Of a stretch of 63,915 nt of DNA, positions 1 through 14,052 are shown one piece after another. Below the pieces are notes generated by a model. That model saw only the letters and a program-made list of their open reading frames with translations, did no database searches and had not been told where the DNA came from. A program made the position numbers and the translations under genes. Position 1 is the first letter of the stretch, and every line of letters begins with the position of its first letter. The DNA is from Welwitschia mirabilis (lineage: Eukaryota). The stretch is taken from NCBI GenBank assembly GCA_051453625.1, contig JBOZIK010000001.1:8585711-8649625 (forward strand), written 5' to 3'.

Positions 1-1120
1 TCTAGAAGGTTAACTATTACACTCTGCTATATGAATACAATGTGCTAATGCATGTCGCTTATCTGCTCCTCAGAGTACTAGACTTTCCTCTCAACTGCCT
101 AGATTCTCTACTATAATATTTGAATCCTTTAGTATAGCATCTGGATACCTTTGTTGATAAAATCTCAAATAGTCTTAGTGGTCTCTATTAGAAGGGCCTA
201 GATCTACTTTAAAGTAACTTCAATCGTAGATCTTTTTACTTAAGGTCTCTTTGCCTCTCCTAGTATATGTATGCTCATGTTCTAAAGATAGCAAACTGGA
301 GTCTGAACATGTGAAACGCGCTACTAACTCATGGAATCTAGTATTCCAAATCATAGAAATAATGCTAATAGAAGGTAAGATTACCCTAGATTCTATAACT
401 GTCATTCCTCAACCATCGACCTAAGTCTCCTCTATATGAATGTTGGTGAATCCATTTGCTCTTTTTGCTTAAAAGATACCAAAATCTATAAATTTGTAAT
501 CATCTTGTGGCTATCATGAAATGATGGGCCGATGTTATGGATTAACCCTCTATGTAATACTCTGTATGTGGAGATCAACTAAGTAATAAGAATGCCCCAC
601 TTGTCCAGTGTCAAATTTACTAGAATGTCTAGTTCTATATCATATGTGTGATACTCCTCTATAACTCCAGTAAAGTGAATATGTAAACTTCTAATACCAC
701 TGAGATCTGTAACTACGATAATGTGGTTTCGAAGTAAAGTTATCTCATGGTTCCATATAAAAGTTATAATCATGTCAACGAGGTGACCATGAGCATCTGG
801 ATGTTGCTTAATATGCATAGTGTCATAAAAATCCCTAGTCTGTAATACATAATAAGTCTTATGTGCATTAAAAATCCATCAGAGCTATAAGTGTAAGAGC
901 CTCTAATCAACTTAGGCTCTAGTCTACTAATAAAATCTCTAAAATAATGCTCAACATGGATAGTGGCTATCTGAATAGTAATTCATCATCTGTGTCGAGG
1001 TGGAGGTTGCAAAGGCTCTACACCCTTAACCTTTAATGGCACTAAAGTATTTACTTGCTACTCTACAACTTCAGCCTTAGCCTTAGTCTATCAAGCTCTA
1101 TGTGTATGAGTCCTAGTCAT
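1..1120 (-). pseudogene. Degenerate extra 3' ORF (env-like/additional ORF) of an Athila-type retrotransposon
   Basis: Manual translation from the ATG at 1120: MTRTHTHRA**TKAK...; after a frameshift near 850, YVLQTRDFYDTM...YRVLHRGLIHNIGPSFH...MDSPTFI...LP. This resembles the 'Y..LVREFY / HN.LP..H / LP' pattern of Athila accessory ORFs. It lies downstream of integrase on the same strand and includes track ORFs 579..818 and 220..405. Confidence 0.55.
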
Positions 1121-3350
1121 TCAAAAATATGCAAGAAAGTTATGTGAGATTAAATAGCTAAGTTAAGTATGTCATATGAATCTCAATAATGACCTACAAA
1201 ATCAATGAAAAAATTAAAAAAATGATGAAAATATATCTTGTTCCTCTAAAGGTGTTAATACATATCGTAATACTCAATCATAAGAAGAAAATTGTGAAAC
1301 CTATGAAAAAGGAATAGTTTTTTAAGTGGGCCTCACATAAGGTAAAAATTCAAAGTACTCAAATGAAAAATCTAATCTGATAGAATCATAGAATGTAAAA
1401 CTAATTAATTTACCCTAAAGGAATACTACATTTTAACTAATAGTTTGTGAGTAATCAAGTGTGAAAGANNNNNNNNNNNNNNNNNNNNNNNNNNNNNNNN
1501 NNNNNNNNNNNNNNNNNNNNNNNNNNNNNNNNNNNNNNNNNNNNNNNNNNNNNNNNNNNNNNNNNNNNAATAGCTAAGTTAAGTATGTCATATGAATCTC
1601 AATAATGACCTCCAAAATCATCTAAAAAATTAAAAAAATGATGAAAATATATCTTGTCCCTTTAAAGGTGTTAATACATATCGTAATACTCAATCATAAG
1701 AATAAAATTGTGAAACCTATGAAAAATGAATAGTTTTTTAAGTGGGCCTCACATAAGGTAAAAATTCAAAGTGCTCAAATCAAAAATCTAATCTAATAGA
1801 ATCGTAGAATGTAAAACTAATTAATTTACCCTAAAAGAACACTACATTTTGACCTATAGTTTGTGAGTAATAAAGTGTGAAAGATAAATACCTAAATTTT
1901 TCTTATAAAGTGCATAATTGATCACAAGTTTCAAAATACGTGGTGAAAATTTGTAAGTTCCAAATTAAAGAGAATGAGAAACTGATTAGTATATTGAAAC
2001 CTATGTGCTAAAAGTCTAAAAAATGGAAGAAAAAATTAAAAATAATAAGGGAGAGAAAAATAAATCTCATTTTTAAGAATTCAAAAAAATCTCATAAATC
2101 TAAAAGCGAATCTAATCGAGACAAAATCCAAAGTAATGGTAGGGGTTAGAGAGTTATTGTCTCTTAAAGGAATAGGCAAAAATAATAAGAAAGTAAAGAA
2201 AAATAAAGAATAAAAGGGTTTAGCCATGGTTTTATTGCACTATTATCTAGTTGCATCATCTGGATGACATCCCTAGGATGATCTTAGAAAAAATTAATCT
2301 GTCATCCACCTGTGTCATCTAGATGACTAGGTGAATGATGAAACTTTGAAAAATTTTACAAAATAACTATGTCAACCAAGAAAATTAGGCTTACATATGA
2401 TCATAAAGATATCAGAATTGATCATAAAGCTTATAAAAACAAAGAATGAGAAAAAAACGTGAAAAACAGGATGAAGAGAAAAACACAAAACAAAGGAAAA
2501 ATAGGGCTAAAGAAAACATACTAACTAGGCTAAAACCTAATAATGAAGACTAAATAAATATGTCCAAATTGAAAAAGAAAAAAGACAAAGTGTATAATTT
2601 CAAAAGGAATATCATAAAAACTATGAAATATAAAAGATTTTCTATTTAATTCTAATGTTAAAAAGAAATGATATGTCATGAATGAACAACAAGAAAACTA
2701 CTAAATGATAGGTTCCTACATGAAGATGAGAAAATGTAGAAAAAACTTTAAAATAACAAACTAAAAAAATAAAGTAAAGTAGAATGAAAATAAACTCAAG
2801 GAACATGAAGAAAATTTCCCATCTATCTTAAATTATAACCTATTAAACCCCATGAAAAACATCATAAATCCACTTGAGTAAAAATGCATAACAAAATGTA
2901 TAAACTCTATAACATTTCACTCAAAAAGGTAGTGATTATGATGATATCAAAAATTCAGGTGCTTAGAATAATGAATGGTAAGATTAAGAGCTACTCAAAA
3001 ATGAACTTACCTATTCACATCCCATAAACACACTCGAATCCTCAAAAGTAAAATGAGCATGTAGGAATACTAAAAGTCTAAAAAATAAGTAATACCTCTG
3101 ATGATACTAGAAATACCATTGATATCATTGATTTAAAGTTTATTATAACTTTTCTATGATGAGGGAAGTGCAACCACAGTCAGAGAAGTAAGAACCTATG
3201 AAGCATGATTAACTAAACCCTCAGTGAAACTCCCATAGCTACCAATACTACTAAAATATTCCTTTTAGAAATATTTATCTTGATGTTATAATATATTATG
3301 GTAATCATGTATTTTTATTTAAGCATAAGTACAATAGATTATGGTTATTA

Positions 3351-3382
<32 letters not shown>

Positions 3383-6300
3383 TTTTGGAATAATTCCTAT
3401 ATGATTACACACTCAAGAAGATGAAGGTGAACAAGTGAGATGAAAGATAGAAAAGAATACTCCTAAACAACCAAAGATCTTACATCTTTAGGCATCTTTC
3501 TTCAAAGTGAAATCCATAGATATGGAAATGTTTTAATATTGGGTGAATCCAATCTTATCACCATAAAATGTTTAAGTATAAATACTAGTCATGGAAACTT
3601 CATAAAGTAACACATAAGTCAAGTTTAAAAGATGATCAAGTGACATCATAACATCCACCAAAGGAATAAGCTAAGAAAAAATTTAGACAATGATATGGTC
3701 AAAGTCATCCTCATTGGAAGAAACCTCTAAAACAATTACTTCTATCAGGTTTGAGGTTGCATCAAAAGATTGTTCATATAGTTTCAACCTTTGTTCATTA
3801 AATTTCTAAATCTNNNNNNNNNNNNNNNNNNNNNNNNNNNNNNNNNNNNNNNNNNNNNNNNNNNNNNNNNNNNNNNNNNNNNNNNNNNNNNNNNNNNNNN
3901 NNNNNNNNNNNNNTGGGTGAATCCAGTCTTATCACCATAAAATGTTCAAGTATAAATACTAGTCATGGAAACTTCATAAAATGACACATAAGTCAAGTTT
4001 AAAAGATGATCAAGTGACATCATAACATACACCAAAGGAATAAGCTAAGAAAAAATTTAGACAATGATATGGTGAAAGTCATCCTCATTGAGAAAAACCT
4101 CTAAAACAATTACTTCTATCATGTTTGAGGTTACATCAAAAGATTGTTCATATAGTTTTAACCTTTGTTCATTAAATTTCTGAATCTCCTTAGTTTCTAA
4201 GTTAAAAATCTTAACAGAGCCATTAGAATGCACTCCTTATCTAAGATAAAGACCTAATAATTTATAGGTCAACTTATTATTTAAAATATGTACTCTATTA
4301 TTATGTAAAAGTACAAGTTAACCAGGTATAAACATTTTGTGAAGTAGCTTCTTATCATGTTTGAACTTAGCTTGAGATATATAGATTAATTGATAATGTA
4401 TAGAATGAGTACATTTTTTATTTAAGTGATCTAATTAGGCTAGTCTATGTTTAATAGTTTCATGAAGGTCTATAATATTAAGTTGATGAGAAGAACGATG
4501 AGAGTTATAACACACATTAACAGGTAAAACACANNNNNNNNNNNNNNNNNNNNNNNNNNNNNNNNNNNNNNNNNNNNNNNNNNNNNNNNNNNNNNNNNNN
4601 NNNNNNNNNNNNNNNNNNNNNNNNNNNNNNNNNNNNNNNNNNNNNNNNNNNNNNNNNNNNNNNNNNNNNNNNNNNNNNNNNNNNNNNNNNNNNNNNNNNN
4701 NNNNNNNNNNNNNNNNNNNNNNNNNNNNNNNNNNNNNNNNNNNNNNNNNNNNNNNNNNNNNNNNNNNNNNNNNNNNNNNNNNNNNNNNNNNNNNNNNNNN
4801 NNNNNNNNNNNNNNNNNNNNNNNNNNNNNNNNNNNNNNNNNNNNNNNNNNNNNNNNNNNNNNNNNNNNNNNNNNNNNNNNNNNNNNNNNNNNNNNNNNNN
4901 NNNNNNNNNNNNNNNNNNNNNNNNNNNNNNNNNNNNNNNNNNNNNNNNNNNNNNNNNNNNNNNNNNNNNNNNNNNNNNNNNNNNNNNNNNNNNNNNNNNN
5001 NNNNNNNNNNNNNNNNNNNNNNNNNNNNNNNNNNNNNNNNNNNNNNNNNNNNNNNNNNNNNNNNNNNNNNNNNNNNNNNNNNNNNNNNNNNNNNNNNNNN
5101 NNNNNNNNNNNNNNNNNNNNNNNNNNNNNNNNNNNNNNNNNNNNNNNNNNNNNNNNNNNNNNNNNNNNNNNNNNNNNNTCTTTCTATCATGTTTGAACTT
5201 AGCTTGGGCTTTGTAGATTAATTAATAATGTATAACACGAATACATTTTTATCAAGATGATCTCATTAGGATAATATATGTTTAATATTTTTATGAAGGT
5301 CTATAAGATTAAGTTGATGAAAAGCATGATAAGAATTATAACATACGTTAATAAGTAAAATACAAACTTTTTCATACACAAGTTCATAAGATGAAAAACC
5401 AAAAGAATTATGCTAGTTAGTATGATAAGCACAAGCTACTCTATGTTCTATTCCAATGGATTAAAGAAGTTCCCTTAAAAGTTGATTTATAAAATAAGTC
5501 CCTTCATCAATAATAATAATCCTAAGAAAAACCAAATCATTGAAAAATATGAGTTCCAAAAAAAGTACAAATAGTTTGGACATCATTTAAAGAAGTAGGA
5601 TAGCTTTGATTAATTTAGTAACATAATCTACAACCACTAAAATATAATTTTTATCATTAGAAGGTGGATGAATAGGGTTTATAAAATTAATAACCCTATA
5701 ATAAAGAGTTCACATTTAAGAATAAGTCTAAGGAGCATCTCCAAGGATCACACCTTCTAGCAAAATCAAAAGAATTTTAAAAAAGAGTAGGCTAATAAAA
5801 ACCAGAGTGAAGAATGTTCATAATTATTTTCTATTCACTGAAATAACCTTCAAAAACACCATCATGAAAAAGATGAAGGATATCAGATTTTTTCCCAATT
5901 AGGCATACATTTTCGCATAATTTAATTTTTACACTTATTATATAGATGTGGCTCTATCCATTCATAGTTACCTATTATATGGAGAAAGGATTTTCATTGA
6001 TTATACGCTCAATGTTGTACTATTTTCATGGTAACAAGATAATTAACAATATCAACATATCAAGAAGGAGGATAAGTATAAGATATAGTAAAAAGTTGTT
6101 CATCTGGAAAAGAATCATCAATAATAGAATCATCAAGAGGAGAAGAAAGATGATATAAGTGATCAGAAATACAATCATGCCTTTATGCTNNNNNNNNNNN
6201 NNNNNNNNNNNNNNNNNNNNNNNNNNNNNNNNNNNNNNNNNNNNNNNNNNNNNNNNNNNNNNNNNNNNNNNNNNNNNNNNNNNNNNNNNGAAGAAGGATA

Positions 6301-9300
6301 AGTATAAGATATAGTAAAAAGTTGTTCATCTAGAAAAGAATCATCAATAACAGAATCATCAAGAGGAGAAGAAAGATGATATAAGTGATCAGAAATACAA
6401 TTATGCCTTTATGCTTTATCAATTATGGTCAAATTAAATTCTTACATAAGGAGGATCCATCTAATCAATCTAGAACTTGAATATTTCTTAGTCATAAGGT
6501 ATCGAATTGTAGCATGGTTGGTATAAATGTCTGTATAAAAGCTTAAAAGCATATCAAGGCAAAAGATAATTGCTAATATTTTCTTCTCTGAAAAATATCC
6601 CACCCACAGCAAAATTACTCACATCACACATTAATTTAAAAATTTTTGTCCAATTGGGTCATATTATAATAGAGGCATAAGAAAGTTTACATTTAAGTTT
6701 ATTAAAAGCAAGTTAACAAGATTCATTCCATTTAAATTTATCTTATTTTTCTAGTAACAAGTAAAGGGGCTTACAAATTTTTACATAATTCTAAATAAAC
6801 CTATAATAAAAACCACAATGTCTAAAAAAAGATTGAACTTGTTTTACATTGGTTAGAGGAGTTAGGTTTTGAATGATACCAACTTTGTTAGGGTTCATCC
6901 TAATCCTATTTTTCAAAATACGATAACTTAAAAGAATTTCACTCTCAACTAAAAATAAATGTTTTTTTCAACTCAATTATAGGCCCCTAGAAATTCATTT
7001 ATTAAGGACTTTCTCTAATCGTTTTAAGATTTATTCAAATTTTTAGCATAAATAGAGAAGTCATCCATAAAAATTTCTATCGAATCCTATAGCATATCAG
7101 AAAAAATTTCCATCATAACACATTAGAAAGTACCAATAGCATTGTAAAGTCTAAAAGGCATGCATCTAAAAGTAAAAATATCAAAAGGTAAAGTGAAAGT
7201 AGTTTTGGCTTGATTCTCACTATCAATACAAACCTGATTATAACAACTATATTTATGAATAAAACAAGAAAAAGAATGTACTTATATTCTATCAAGTATC
7301 TAATAAATAAAAAACAAAGGACAATGATCTTTTTTAATTACTTACTTTAATTTTCTGAAATTAATGCACATCCTTCATTTTTCATCTTTCTTAGGCACTA
7401 CCATTAACGGGCTAATCCACTCACTATTAGCTATGGCATAAATGATTCTAGCATCTATTAACTTAATGATCTCGTCTTTAACAACTTGCTTAAGGGCTAG
7501 ATTAAATCTATGTTTGGGTTACCTAATAGGTTTTGTATTATCCTCAAGGTAGATTTTATGTTAAATAATTAAGGTAGGAATGGCTATTAAGTATTTATGG
7601 AACTAAACAAACACAGTTAACTTTGATTACAAAAGTGAGATTAAGCTTAATTCTTATTGAGGGAAAATATTTTCATTGATTATTAAAGGTTTATTCTGAT
7701 CATTACATAAAAAAATGTATTTTAATCCACTAGGTAAAATTTCAAATTTAAATTTAAATTTAAATATTTATTTTCCATTAAATTTTTAGGAAAATTCACT
7801 ATCATCTCAGGCTATCATCCGGGAATTAGTAGTGGATGATCATTCTTAAAATGAGAAATCTTAGTTTTTCTTAGATCTTGAAGTTTTACACAGTTGACAG
7901 ACTCAGTCTTTCTACGCTCTAAATAAAAAATAATTAATTTCTAAATGGTCAAAATGAAGTTGATCTTCATCAAAATCTTTCAAGTTGTCCACTTCAATAT
8001 GATCATAAAATAAATTTGGCTCATAAAGCATTAACCATATTTCTTCAAGTGGACAATGTTATAAAAATAAATTCGATTTCATCTCTTCTTCCACACCCAA
8101 GTCATCACCTAAATCTTTTTTAGTAGCATTAAAAACTCTTATTGAAAACTTCTTATTCCCTAAATAACACTCCATCATTCCCATTCTAGTATCTATAATA
8201 TAATGTTCTATTGCACAAAATGATCTTTCTAGAAGTAATGGATAATCATCATTATGTTTAACTTCTATCACAACCACATTAATAAAATGCTTATTTAATT
8301 TAAATCATTAAATTATTAATCATGTCTAAAGTTTTCTTAACAAATGTATCTGCTAATTCTAAGAAAATCATTATAGGCTCTATTTTACTCTCTAATCAAA
8401 GTTTTTGATAAATATGTAAAGACATAATGTTGACACTAGGTCCTATATCAATCAAGGCTTTCTTTATTTTTCTATTTCCTTCCAAATTAATACTAATAGT
8501 TGTTGTCCCTAGATCTTTACACTTTGGACATTTCTATAAAACTAAGTTGTTAATGAATTATGTTAGGAAGACTTTACTAGAAATAGTTTGTTTCTATTTC
8601 CTCATAATCAGATCTTTTCACAACTTAGAATATTTCGGATTTTCTTGCAGAATTTTGAAGATGTTCATTAAAGGTAGGATTTGTATTCAATCTATAAGTC
8701 AAGGAGTAGTAAGTTATTACCTTTTTCATGAGAAGAATTTTTATTTTTATTGCTTAAAGGACAATAGAAAGAATGATTTTTTAAAATTTATGTATCCTCT
8801 TCTTCATCATTTTTATCACTTTAAGATGTTAAAGCCTTATGGATAGGATGTGTTATCTCATTTTCACTTTTTGTCACAACCTTACAATCTTTCTTAACTT
8901 CATTTGAGTTTGGTAGAGGTTGTGTGGTAAGTGACCCTTGTGGTCTTTGATTAGCAAGCATAGTTTGTAGTAAAATAATAACAAGATNNNNNNNNNNNNN
9001 NNNNNNNNNNNNNNNNNNNNNNNNNNNNNNNNNNNNNNNNNNNNNNNNNNNNNNNNNNNNNNNNNNNNNNNNNNNNNNNNNNNNNNNNNNNNNNNNNNNN
9101 NNNNNNNNNNNNNNNNNNNNNNNNNNNNNNNNNNNNNNNNNNNNNNNNNNNNNNNNNNNNNNNNNNNNNNNNNNNNNNNNNNNNNNNNNNNNNNNNNNNN
9201 NNNNNNNNNNNNNNNNNNNNNNNNNNNNNNNNNNNNNNNNNNNNNNNNNNNNNNNNNNNNNNNNNNNNNNNNNNNNNNNNNNNNNNNNNNNNNNNNNNNN

Positions 9301-9679
9301 NNNNNNNNNNNNNNNNNNNNNNNNNNNNNNNNNNNNNNNNNNNNNNNNNNNNNNNNATCATAAGTTAGACTACAATTACACTCTTTTATATTGCCACCTT
9401 TACATTTAAAATCATCTGAGTATATTTCTCTAAAGTTAAAGTGAAATCCTTAATAACATTAGTTAGTTATTTTTCAATTTTTACTTTTTTGCTTTCTTGC
9501 TTAACCTCATTAAGATCTTTAATGATTTGACCTACTCTTTGATTTTCTCTAGGTAAGGTTTAAGCCAAGTTTAACTCACTTCTACTAATTCTTCCAACAC
9601 TTTCCAACATTTTCTAAGATAAGGTTTTTCAAATTTCCTCACAAAAAAAATCAACAAGTTTCTTAATTTGATTGTTGAG
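1121..9679 (-). mobile_element. Degenerate Ty3/gypsy Athila-like retrotransposon A (partial gag, PR, RT, RH, INT, long 3' non-coding region)
   Basis: Minus-strand motifs: protease ALIDIGPSVNIM (~8420-8460) and VVIEVKHNDDYPLLLERSF (8059..8277); RT DARIIYAIANSEWISPLMVVPK (~7390-7455), MPFRLYNAIGTF*CVMM (~7110-7160) and FMDD (7060-7071); RNase H FKLMCDVSNFAVGG (~6600-6640); integrase HIFQ*FGFLRIIIIDEG (~5500-5550); GPY/F-like NKLTYKLLGLY..VHSNG (~4220-4280). The order PR-RT-RH-INT is gypsy. Many stops and frameshifts. Confidence 0.93.
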
Positions 9680-9779
9680 NNNNNNNNNNNNNNNNNNNNN
9701 NNNNNNNNNNNNNNNNNNNNNNNNNNNNNNNNNNNNNNNNNNNNNNNNNNNNNNNNNNNNNNNNNNNNNNNNNNNNNNN

Positions 9780-12774
9780 AAAATCTTTTAAGTTGTTTAC
9801 TTCAAGTTCATCATGAAATAAAGTTGGCTCATGAAGCATTGACCATTTTTCTTCAATTAGATAATGTTATAGAAATAAACTTGGTCTAATTTTTTTCCAC
9901 AATTAAATCATCACTTAAATATTTTTATCTATTTAAACACTCTTAGTGTAAACTTCTTATTTCCTAAATAACACTTTATCATTCCTATTCTAACATCTAT
10001 AATACAATGGGCGATTGCACAAAAATCTCTTCCTAGAAGTAATGGATAATCAGCATTATGTTTAACTTTTATTACAACCACATCAATAGGATAGAATACT
10101 TCTTCAATTTAAATCACTAAATCCTTAATCATGTCTAAAGGTTTCCTAACTAATGTATTCACTAATTTTAAGACAATCCTTATAAGATTTATTCTACTTT
10201 TCAATCCAAGTTGTTGACAAATATATAAAGGAATAATTTTGACACTTACTTCTATACCAGTCAAGAATTTTTTATGTATTTGTTTTCTCCCAAAGTGATA
10301 TTAACAGTTGTTGCCCCCAAATCCTTAAAATTTGAACATTTCTATAAGACTAAGTTATTAATGAATTGGCCTAGGAAGACTTTACTAAGGATAGTTCATT
10401 TTTATTCCTCCTAATCAGATCTTTCCACAACTTAGAATATTTAGGATTTTCTTGTAAAAGTATTTAAAATGGTAAACTTATCCTCAAATTTTTTATTAAG
10501 GCTTTGAAATGTTTATTAAATGTTGGATTAGTATTCAATCTATTAAGCCAAGGGGTAGTAAGTTTCTTACTTTTTTCATGAGAAGAATTTTTCTTTTCTT
10601 TTCTTTATTTTTTAACCTAAAGGAGAAGGAAAAGAATGATTTTCTAAATTTCTACATCCTCTTCTTCCTCATCATTTATATCACTCTAAGATGTTAAAGC
10701 CTCATGGGTAGGAGGTGTTGTCTTATTTCTACTTTTTGTCATAATGTTATAATCTTTCTTAACTTAATTTGGGTTTGGTAGAGGTTATATGGCAAGTGAC
10801 CCTTGTGGTATTTGATTAGCAAGGAAAGTTTGCTGTAAAATATTCATAAGATTTTAAATGTTGGAATTTGTTATTTCTTGGGTTTTCTCAATTTATCAAT
10901 GGAATTTCTAAGTAGATCACCTTGGTTTTGTGATTTGGACAAGCTTACTTAATCCTTAAAGTTATTTGGTTGGATCTAAAATCTTTTTCTAAATGATTGA
11001 AAACAAGAATAATTTGTTTGAAAATTTTTAAAATTTAGTTGTCCATTAATCTTAGATTGAAAAGTATTTTGATTTTTTATTTAACTTTTATTTTGGTTTT
11101 GCTTAAAGTTTAAAGACTTTTAATTAAAATCACACATTTCTTCATAATTTTTTTTCTTTATGGTGATAATAAAGGATAATATTTCATTATATGATAGTTA
11201 TCTTTGCATAAATCCCCAGTTGGAGTTATAACCATACTCTTTTATATTGCCACCTTTGCATCTAAGATCATCTTAGTGTATTTCTCTAAAGTTAAGGTAA
11301 AATCCTTAATGAGATTAGTTGGTTCTTTTTAAATCTTTATTTTTTCCTTCTCTTACTTAACCTCGTTAAGATCTTTAATGATTTGATCTACTATTTAATT
11401 TTTTCTAAGTAAGAGTTTGGGATAAGTTTGACTCACTTCCACTAACTCTTTTAACATCTCTAAGCATTTTCTAATGTAAGGTTCATCACAAATTCATACA
11501 CAAAAAAAGTCAATAAGTCACTTAGTTTAATCCTTGAGTCCACTATAAAAGTAGTCTATTAATTCTTCTTGAGAAAAAGCATCTACAGAATTTGAATATA
11601 AAGCAAAAAATAGTATCTTATAGATAGAGGCATAATCTTCATTAGGCTATTATTGGAAGTTGATTAGTTTTTCTTTATTTTTTTTAATAGTTGTTTTACT
11701 CGTGAATCTCTTAATAAAAGCTTTTTGAACTTGACTCCATGATTTTAAAATCTTATGGGAAATCATTCTTAAATTAAGTTTAGCTTTACCTTTTAAAGTG
11801 ATGGGAAAAATGACCATATAAGTTCTACAACTTATTCTTTTCTTACTATTTTCAAAAGTAAATACTAACTATTCAATATTAATAATGTGTTTTAAATGAT
11901 CTTTACCATGTTGACCACTAAAAATGGGTAAGCATTTAAATTCCTAAGTTTGACATCATCACCAAGAGGTAAATCAAATGTGGTTTGGATTTTACATTTT
12001 TTATCAATTATAAGCTCTTTAAGGGTGATATTAGCATTAGGATTTATGGGTGTAGTTATAGGGACTTCAATAATAAGGGGCAGATTAGGTGAATCGACTT
12101 GCTTTTGCTTTTGTAATGAACTAGACATATTTGAAAAATGATTTTCTCCTAAACTATTATTGAAATAATCTTTGGAAAAATTTTCTTTCATAAAATCATA
12201 TTCTAAAGTAATAATGAAGAAATTTTTAAAATTTTTGAAACTTGTGTACCTTTGGTATGCATACCTAAGTTAAATTCAAAGTCAATCAAATCTTATCAGA
12301 TGTTTTCCTCTATGAATAGCCATTCTCTTTGATATTTTTCTTTTTTACTAGATTTTACAATGTTTTAGCATTCTCAATTTTTAATGTTTAGTGTGCGTTA
12401 TCCCTATGGTCATCCAAACGATTATCTAGATGATAGAAACAAAAAAAATGAAAAATGTAGAAAATAGAAGCATAAAATTACAACTACAGAAAGCTCTGAA
12501 AATAGATTACCATCCTTCTAAGTCATTTAGATGATAGAGGAAATGATAGAAAAACCCTAAATTTTAGTTGTCTTTGCTGCACATCATCTAAATGATGGAG
12601 CAGATGATAAAGCATTTATTTCATAATGCAAAAAAAGACATGACAGAAAGAAAAACCTATGCTACTATAATTAAAAATATAGCGCTGCTATAGGTAAATA
12701 TCCAAAATGAAAACCAAACACCTACCTAAACAATAATGATCCTAAAAAAGAAACCTTCCTTAACAAAAATACTA
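9780..12774 (-). mobile_element. Degenerate Athila-like gag-protease segment B with 5' leader and PBS
   Basis: Gag motif MVIFPITLKGKAKLNLRMISHKILKSWSQVQKAFIKRF (~11700-11817) matches Retrotrans_gag (LFPFSLxGKAKxWL..SW..L..AFLxRF). The protease region 9960-10270 is homologous to 8150-8460. 9780-10850 parallels 7970-8990 and 11220-11540 parallels 9360-9680, with many substitutions. Confidence 0.88.
12757..12774 (-). other. Degenerate tRNA-Asp primer-binding site
   Basis: tccttaacaaaaatacta versus the reverse-complement Athila PBS tccccggcaacggcgcca; lies between the gag leader and the LTR-like sequence. Confidence 0.65.
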
Positions 12775-12779
12775 AGATG

Positions 12780-13442
12780 TTACTGTGTATATTTGTGTAA
12801 ATGTTATGTTCCTAAGAAGATCCTATCATTCACAAATAAATATAGATTTTACATAATACAATATACTAATATAGATGAGAGTGGACCTGAATGTTGTGAT
12901 TTGTTTAAGGATTAGGCTAAAAAGAATAGAATTGATTTCAAAAAGAAACACTTATATATTTTAGCCGTAGAAATAGAATGCAAAGTAGAAACTAACAATG
13001 AAAATACACTTATGCAAAGTTAATCTAGGAAAGAAAAATAACAATGCACCTAAACTAATAATGCTTAACCTTGACAAAGATTACCCTCATAACCTATGTC
13101 ACTTAAGAAGTTATCACAGAATCAAAAGTAACATAAACTATGAGGGATAAGTAATACAATACGCATAGAAAAATATAAAAGAGTTCTTTAATTAGTTTTG
13201 AACCAAATCCATGTTATAAAGCATCTGCACCTTAATGAAGAAAGCACAACACAACACCAAGGAAGACATCTCTCTGTAACTAAAATGGATGGATCTCTGG
13301 TCCTTTGATCTCCTGTTACAAGAATTTCTAGTACAAGAAAAGACAAGTAGGAGTTAAGGGCAGAATTGATACTTATTAATAAATAGACTTACAAACAAAC
13401 AAACATGATAAATAGGCATGGGCATAATCCTAAAATTATGCA
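12780..13442 (-). repeat. Athila-like 5' LTR (partial, ends at gap)
   Basis: Immediately follows the PBS. Homologous to 14055-14635, 15700-16330 and 56400-57030 (shared blocks such as 'agaattgattt' and 'ggatgaatctct/ggatggatctct'). Confidence 0.7.
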
Positions 13443-14029
13443 NNNNNNNNNNNNNNNNNNNNNNNNNNNNNNNNNNNNNNNNNNNNNNNNNNNNNNNNNN
13501 NNNNNNNNNNNNNNNNNNNNNNNNNNNNNNNNNNNNNNNNNNTAAATTCAAAGTCAATCAAATCTTATCAGATATTTTCCTCTATGAATAGCCATTCTCT
13601 TTGATATTTTTCTTTTTTACTAGATTTTACAATGTTTTAGCATGCTCAATTTTTAATGTTTAGTGTGCATTATCCCTATGATCATCCAAACAATTATTTG
13701 GATGATAGAAACACAAAAAATGAAAAATGTAGAAAATAGAAGCATAAAATAACAACTACAGAAAGCTCAAAAAATAGACTACCATCCTTCTAAGTCATTT
13801 AGATGATAGAGGGAATGATAGAAAAACCCTAAATTTTTAGTCGTCTTTGCTGCACATCATCTGAATGATGGAGCAGATGATAAAGCATTTATTTCATAAT
13901 GCAAAAAAAGACATTACAGAAAGAAAAATCTATGCTACTATAATTAAAAATACAGTGCTACTATAGGTAAATATCCAAAATGAAAACCAAACACCTACCT
14001 GAAAAATAATGATCCTAAAAAAGAAACTT

Positions 14030-14047
14030 TCCTTAACAACAATACTA
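14030..14047 (-). other. Degenerate tRNA-Asp primer-binding site (second copy)
   Basis: tccttaacaacaatacta differs from tccccggcaacggcgcca at 9 positions, all C>T or G>A. Confidence 0.7.
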
Positions 14048-14052
14048 AGATG

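Noticed and set aside
1150-1885. Near-identical direct repeats flanking gaps (also 3541/3914, 6065/6290, 12270/13543, 14932/16580, 17948/18189, 22806/22976, 38853/39016, 46468/46668, 48500/49143, 58087/58246)
   Set aside because: Systematically tied to gaps and differing by few SNPs; most likely unmerged contig overlaps or haplotypes, not biological repeats.
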